A DNA stretch of 55,488 nucleotides, from NCBI GenBank assembly GCA_036785375.1, contig JAWMAR010004271.1, forward strand, positions 1-55,488, written 5' to 3'. Shown here one piece after another: positions 48,553 to 55,488 of the stretch (positions within the stretch are counted from its first letter, which is position 1; each line of letters opens with the position of its first letter). Origin of the DNA: Leucoraja ocellata. Its lineage: Eukaryota. The position numbers were made by a program, and so were the translations under genes. The notes beneath the pieces are model-generated. The model worked only from the letters and a program-made list of their open reading frames with translations. It did no database searches and had not been told where the DNA came from.

Positions 48553-50773
48553 CGCAACGGTGATCATTTTCCAATGTTCAATAGATTGAGGATCTGTTCC
48601 TGTGGATTGGAGGATAGCTAATGTTTTCCCACTTTTCAAGAAAGGAGTGAGAGAGAAAACGGGGTATTACAGACCAGTTAGCCTGACTTCGGTGGTGGGA
48701 AAGATGCTGGTGTCAATTATTAAATATGTAATAATGGGGCATTTGGATAGCAGTAAAAGGATTAGTCCAAGTCAACATGGATTTATGAAAGGGAAATCAT
48801 GCTTGACTATCTTCTGGATTTTTTTGAGGATATGACAAGTAAAATGGATCAAGGGGATCCAGTGGATTTAGTATATCTAGACATTCAGAAAGCCTTTGTT
48901 AATGACACAAAGCTGGGTGGCAGTGTGAACTGTGAAGAGGATGTTAGGTGGTTGCAGGGTGACCTGGACAGGTTGAGTGAGTGGGCTGATGCATGGCAGA
49001 TGCAGTATAATATAGATAAATGTGAGGTTATCCACTTTGGCGGCAACAACAAGGGAGAAGATTATTATCTGAAGGGGTTAGGTTAGGTAAAGGGGAGGTG
49101 CAGCGAGACCTGGGCGTCTTTGTACACCAGTCACTGAAAGTTGGCGTGCAGGTACAGCAGGCAGTGAAGAAAGCTAATGTTGGCCTTCATAACAAGAGGA
49201 TTTCAGTATAGGAGTAAAGAGGTTCTTCTGCAGTTTGTATAGGGCTCTGGTAAGACCACATCTGGAGTATTGCGTACAGTTTTGGTCTCCTAATCTGAGG
49301 AAGGACATCCTTGTGATTGAAGCAATGCAGCGTAGGTTCACGAGATTGATCCCTGGGATGGCGGGACTGTCCTATGAGGAAAGATTGAAAATACTAGGCT
49401 TGTATTCGCTGGAGTTTAGAAGGATGAGGGGGTATCTTATAGAAACATATAAAATTATAAACAGGACTGCACAAGCTAGATGCAGGAAAAATGTTCCCAA
49501 TGCTGGGCCAGTCCAGAACCAGGGGCCACAGTCTTGGAGGCCATTTAGGAGTTAGATAGAGCTCTAGAGGCTAGTGGAATCAAGGGATATGGGGAGAAGG
49601 CTGGCACGTGTTATTGATTGGGCACGATCAGCTAAGATCGCAATGAATGGCGGTGCTGGCTCGAAGGCCGAATGGCCTCCTTCTGCACCTAGTTTCTATG
49701 TTTCTATGTTTCTATGAAAAGATTCAGAACAAATGAGACCCGAAATCGACGATCAGGGAAAGGTGGAGCTCACATGAACAACCAGGACACTAGGGAATCT
49801 GGAGAAAAAGGCATGGCCGGGAAGACTCAAATGTCTGCTGTTGGCTCCGTCAGAAAAATTACAAGCCGCAGAAGAAATTGAGAAGAAATTGGGCATGATC
49901 ATGGCAGCTCGAGAGTAACGGAATTGGTTCCTTTGAACAGGGAAGGTATAATGGCGATTTGAATGAGGGACATAGTCCGCTCACCCAACCTATAGAGTAT
50001 TGAATTCAGTCTAGAGGTGTATAGGGTCGTGAGAGGAATAGATCGGGTGGATGTATAGTCCCTTGCCCAGAGGAGGACCGGGTTCATGGTGACGGGCAAA
50101 GATTTAATAGGAATCTGAGGGGTTCCTATTCAATGTGTGCAAGACACGCTTTGATACAAGTCAAGGTGGTTCACATAGCTCATATGTCAAAAGATAAGTT
50201 ATCTCGTTTTTATGGTCATATGAATCCTACCTGTGACAGATGTAAATCTGAAGTGGCCTCACTGACCCATATGTTTTGGTCTTGCCCTTCTTTGGAAAAA
50301 TATTGGAAATAATTTTTGTTACTATTTCTGTAGTCTTAGGCATAGGTTTACAAACTGGAATTACTGCAATTTTGGGCTGCCAATGTTAGATCCTAATCAT
50401 TTGTCCCGCTCCGCCCATGGGTTGATTGCTTTTACCACATGAATCGCCAGAAGATCTATTTTATTCAAATGGAAAGACTCCCAACCCTCCGACCACACTC
50501 CAGTGGTATTCGGAAACGATATAATGTTTAAATTTTGAAAAAATCAGCAGTGACACTGTTGAACCCTTGGTTAAATTTGATAAGACTTGGGTAAAATGTA
50601 TTGAAAATTTTCATACAACATAAATTGCTCCCTCTTTAACCGTTATAAAAAATATTTTATCTCTATTGGGTGGAACAGACATGACGACAAACAGACTTAC
50701 ATTGTTGAAATTCTCAGTTCAGATTCGGGTTTGCTTTGCTTTGTTTTTTTAAACTATTTTATTTTTATGCGTA

Positions 50774-50866
<93 letters not shown>

Positions 50867-52865
50867 CAATTTTTCTCTTTTTTTTCTTTCTTTATTTTAG
50901 GGGGGGGCTTTTTTTTTGTCTATTTCTTTTTGTGCTTTTTTTACATTTATAAGTTTCCTTTTAAAGATTTAACTATATTAACATAGAGACCTGGAGGTCT
51001 ATATGCATTGTGTATTTTGACATTGGTCTCATATCAGGTTATATCTGTTATTAATGTAATCCTGATACCTATGTATCAATACCATTGTTATGTTTATCAT
51101 TATTCTTTTTGTTCTGTTTTTTATGTTTTATTTTTGCTTTTTTTGGAAAAAAACAATAAAAAGATTTGTTTTTAAATAGAAAGGAATATGAGGGTAACTT
51201 TTTCCCACAGAGGGTGGTGGGAGTATGGAACAAGCAGCCAGAGAGATAGTTGTGCCAGGGACTATCACAACGTTTAAAAACCAGTTAGACAGGTAAATGG
51301 ATATGACGGATTTGGAGGGATATGGAACCCAATACGGGCAGGTGGGACGAGTGTAGATGGGTCGGTGGTCGATGTGTGAAAGTTGGGCGAAGGGCCTGTT
51401 TCCACACTCTATGACTGACTCTCATTGACTCTATGGGGCATCATGTAGCATCTGCGGATCGGCATTTGCGGTGGTAATAATGAACAGCCACGAGCCAGTG
51501 CAATCTTTCGCGTGTTCACGTTGCAAAGTTTCTCCCTTGTCAGTTTTGCCCGTGCCCGTGCTGGAGTGCCCGTGTTCCATTCAACTTTAATTGAATATGG
51601 ATGTGCTGTATATAGATTTCCTGTCGCCCTGTCGTACTTCAAAGCCAAAAGAACTCTGGAAGTAGGCGGTGAGAGCCAATATGACCCCTTTACTTCACTC
51701 ATTCATTAAGACACCCCTTTTACTTCACTGATCAACAGTCCCCGCACATTAACATTATCCTACACACTTTAGGGACAATATATAATTTTACCAAGCCAAT
51801 GAACCTAGCAACCTGTCTTTGTAGTGTGGGAGGAAACCGGAGCTACCTGGGAAATCCCAGGCAGGTCATGGGGAAAACGTAGTGGTGAAAGGATGAACGG
51901 TTAAGTTAATGGATCGCTGACCAGTCATGTTCACCGATAAACTAATCTAGTTTCATGACAATTTAAGGACAATTATTAATTGTAATTATTTTTCTCACCC
52001 GCTATTTCCCGAAAACCGCTCTTCGCGTTTCTCCCTTGTCAGTTTTGCCAGATAGCTGGAGTGCCCGTGTTCTATACAACTTTAATTGAATATGGATGTG
52101 CTGTGTGTAGAATTCCTGTCGTCCTGTCGAACTACAAAGTCGAAAGAACTCTGGAAGTGGTCGGTGAGAGCCCAATATGACCCCTTTTACTTCAACTCAT
52201 ATGTGCATTGATTTGGTACAGGCGACTTTACACTTTGAGTCCTGAATTACTGCACATTACAACAGGATAGTATCACATACCACTTTTACAAGCACGACTC
52301 ACGTCGGGTAGTCAAAATAGCCCCCAAAACGGCTACTTTACTGACATTTGTAGTGATGTTCTGTCCCCTCAGGTCTTTTCTAAATGATCTGATACACAAG
52401 TAGAGGGGCAGCCTGTGGGGTTTATCATTTCTAAAATGACAAAGATATCTAAATATAGATTTAATGTGCTTTTAAATAAAACAATGCTGATGCTGTGACT
52501 GTGATCATGTTATGTTCAGCGATACGGAGGTAGACAAAAATGCTGGAGAAACTCAGCGGGTGAGGGAGCGAAGGAAATCAGCGATACGCATTCAGTTGGT
52601 CCGTTTAGATAAATATTTCTATTCCGTTTTCATTGTTGATTAAACAGTTACCGAATATAATATTTAAAACTCGCAATCTGTTTAGTGTATATCTGCGGAG
52701 TGTTCATACCGAACATTATAGATTGTTTGTTTATAAAGAAGGGACAACTGTGACAATCCTTTTCATTCTGCTGGATGTAATGAAGCTTTTTAGAAACACA
52801 AGTCTCTAAAATAAGACCTGCGTGTTTCACATGGGCGAATATTTTGAGGAAGAATCTGGCAATTT

Positions 52866-52947
52866 CTGATTGGCTTCGAGGAGCATACCGGTTTGATTGG
52901 TTTGGATAATTAAACACACGGTGACATATCGTCATTCCATTTATAAA
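52866..52947 (+). promoter_or_regulatory. Cluster 5 promoter (CCAAT x2, half-CRE, TATA)
   Basis: Paralogous to 2894-2975. Confidence 0.6.
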
Positions 52948-53017
52948 GAGAGCCAGAGAGCAAGATTACACGCCACTTGTCCTGGAAACTGCCGCCCCAT
53001 CGGAGCTCAGTCGGTTA

Positions 53018-54719
53018 ATGAACATGTCTTATTGGATCCGTGTGGTCGGTGCGTTGGTGTTTTGCGCAGTTTGTGAGTATTTTACTTCCCTGGACATTAT
53101 ACTTATTTCTGTTCACCATTAATTTGGGATTATCTCCCACACTTAAACAAACTTAACAATTTCCTTTTTTTCTGATATTTCTCCTTTCTCAGACATAAGC
53201 GCGGGCTGTTACAGTAACTCAGCCGCCGTCGATGTCCACCTCTACGGGACAGAACATTCAAATACCCTGCACCATATCGGGTTCCAGTACAGGCGCTAAC
53301 GATGTCTCGTGGTACCAACAGATTCCTGGCAAAAACTCCCAAGTATCTATTCTACTATTATACCGGCACCATTATAAAGGCACGGACATTCCAGACCGTT
53401 ATTCCATCTCGGTGTCAGGCAGCTCTGTAACATTCGCAATATCTAGCGTTCAATCGGTGGATGCTGCTGACTATTACTGTGCCAAATGGGATAGTGGTTT
53501 ACATTTCGGTAAAGGAACGCGGCTGGGTATTGGCGGTAAGTAAAATATATTCATCGGACAGCGCGCTGTTTTCTTTTTATTTTAATGCAGATATTGTTTG
53601 ATTTAATGTCCTGAGTTCACATGGTACGTGATTGGGCCAGTTGTATTTCAGTGCAGACGGTGCGATCTTGCTGTACAGATGTTCCGAGTTCACTTGGACA
53701 TAACTCAGTGAAATGACTGGGAAAGCGAGCTAATGCTTTGTCTTGAGCTTCGTTCAATAAATTGTGGATTCTGCAGTGATTGTCCAGATATGAAAGGAAA
53801 TTGCTTGGGTAACGGGGTTCACCAACGTCATATTCAACACTGTCAAAAATCCGGTTGACGGGTTTAAACAAGGATATCAAAATGCCAAATGCGAAAGGAG
53901 AAAGTTTCGCACATTTCCTTCAGAAATTGTGTTTAATACGTAGGGCAGCTTTTCGTGGACGCAGCCGTGTATTTCAAATTTAAATGAACATTCGAACTAT
54001 AATGTTATTCTTGCTTGTGAACTATATCTGCGAATCGGTGACCGTGGCCTTCGAAGACTAGTTTCCTTTTTTTTTGCCGAGTGTAGTAAAATGAACATTA
54101 TAAAAGTTAAAGTAATGTATTCAGTTTATAAAATACTGCAGCCATGATGTATCACAGATGGTTTACCGGTGTTTATACAGAGGGTAGACAGGATCTATTT
54201 TAGTTGCTTTCACGCACTTTATTTATTGTTCACCCCAATTAAAATAAACACACTGTAATGGTTTGAAAAAGGTCGAGAATAAAACGACATTTCTATAAAT
54301 GAATAAATGAGTGCTTTAATGAGATGTATTTTCGGTAAATAATGATATCTGAACGACAAGCATTTCTCCAATTAAATGTGACTTCTTATTAAACAGATCC
54401 TCGGGCACCGATCGTGACGGTCCTGCCGCCTTCAGCCGATGAAGTTACCTCAAAGGGCACCGCCACCCTGGTGTGTTTGGTGAACGGCTTTATCCGGGCT
54501 CGGTGGCCGTTGAGTGGACAGTCGACGGCAGTGGCAAGAAATAGCGACGTTGAGACCAGCCCGATCCAGCAGGATAAGGACAACACGTTCAGTCTCAGCA
54601 GTTACCTGACTCTGACAGCCTCAGACTGGAACTTACACGACCTTTACTCCTGTGTGGTTAAACACCCGGCTCAGGCAAACCCACTTAAGACAAATATCGA
54701 GAGATCCAGCTGTATCTGA
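53018..54719 (+). pseudogene. IGL: Ig light chain cluster 5 (leader 53018-53072, V-J 53193-53535, C 54397-54719), frameshifted as assembled
   Basis: +1 G at about 53203 puts V out of frame with the leader (stop in CDR1 region); further +1/-1 pair around FR2/CDR2 and -1/+1 pair in C. Indels lie mostly in short homopolymers so may be sequencing error. Confidence 0.6.
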
Positions 54720-55488
54720 TGTTGGAAACGTGAGGCTGACCTGACTAAGTTAGTTTATCATCATTGGGTTCGTCCATGTGGACAAAGTTAGTAATGTATT
54801 GGACTTCAGTGTTTTCGTTCAGAAATGCCATTTGTAGTTGAAACTTCGATTTTTATGGACTTGTTCACTTTAAATGTAGTTGTTTCGAAAGAATGTCGTT
54901 CTTGAATGAAGCATCAAATAGATTCAATTGCGTTATCCAACAGCATGGATGTTGTTATTGTACCCATGGTATCTTTGCAGCCGTTGAATAAAGTTTAGAA
55001 AACGCATTTCAAATGCATTGTTGATTCCCTTTGGTTTATTTCTGACCCGATCCATGATGGCTTAACACGGGTTGCGTTGCCTCGTAGATTTGAGCTAGCA
55101 ACACTGATTTTGATTCTCTATTTCGATCACTAATTACAATCGTACAACAGTCGTGGGCGACTCGTCCATTTATACCATTTATACCATGCGTTCTACAGCG
55201 TTTTGTCAGTTCTTGTGCAACATGATTCAGCCAAAGAACCGTACAAAACCAAGCAGGGCAAATGTGTCTTAAACCCCAAATTATCACATAAATAAACAGA
55301 AAATACTGTTCATACTCAGTAAGTCGGGCGGTATGTTGGAAGTGAGAAATAGATTAGACGTTTCAGGCTGTTTAAAAAATAATTCAAAAACGTCCCTACC
55401 AGCCTCGTGCTTTCAGGGTTTGTTAAATATGTCTTTGTTCACAAGGTGTACCGCTACATAATTTAAATAAAATACGTGTGCATACGTA

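Overview
Vertebrate (cartilaginous fish, probably a skate/ray; inferred from the Ig sequence and repeat content) immunoglobulin light-chain locus. Five head-to-tail, + strand clusters, each leader exon / germline-joined V-J exon / C exon, most like the chondrichthyan lambda (type II) isotype, with ATGs at 3046, 13862, 25790, 41510 and 53018 (about 11-12 kb repeat unit). Four are intact; cluster 5 carries 1-bp indels (pseudogene or consensus error). All share one V-J junction but differ sharply in CDR2 and are patchworks of one another. Spacers are segmental duplicates packed with decayed CR1 LINEs, an L1-clade 3' end, V-SINE-like and Penelope-like palindromic repeats, and tandem non-autonomous Helitron-like units with G-rich cores. 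A near-intact 4.83-kb DIRS1-type tyrosine-recombinase retrotransposon (gag, RT, RNase H, adenine-methyltransferase-like domain, YR; ITRs and ICR) sits about 1.4 kb upstream of cluster 4; its two empty paralogous sites are in the window and show integration at an ATT core.
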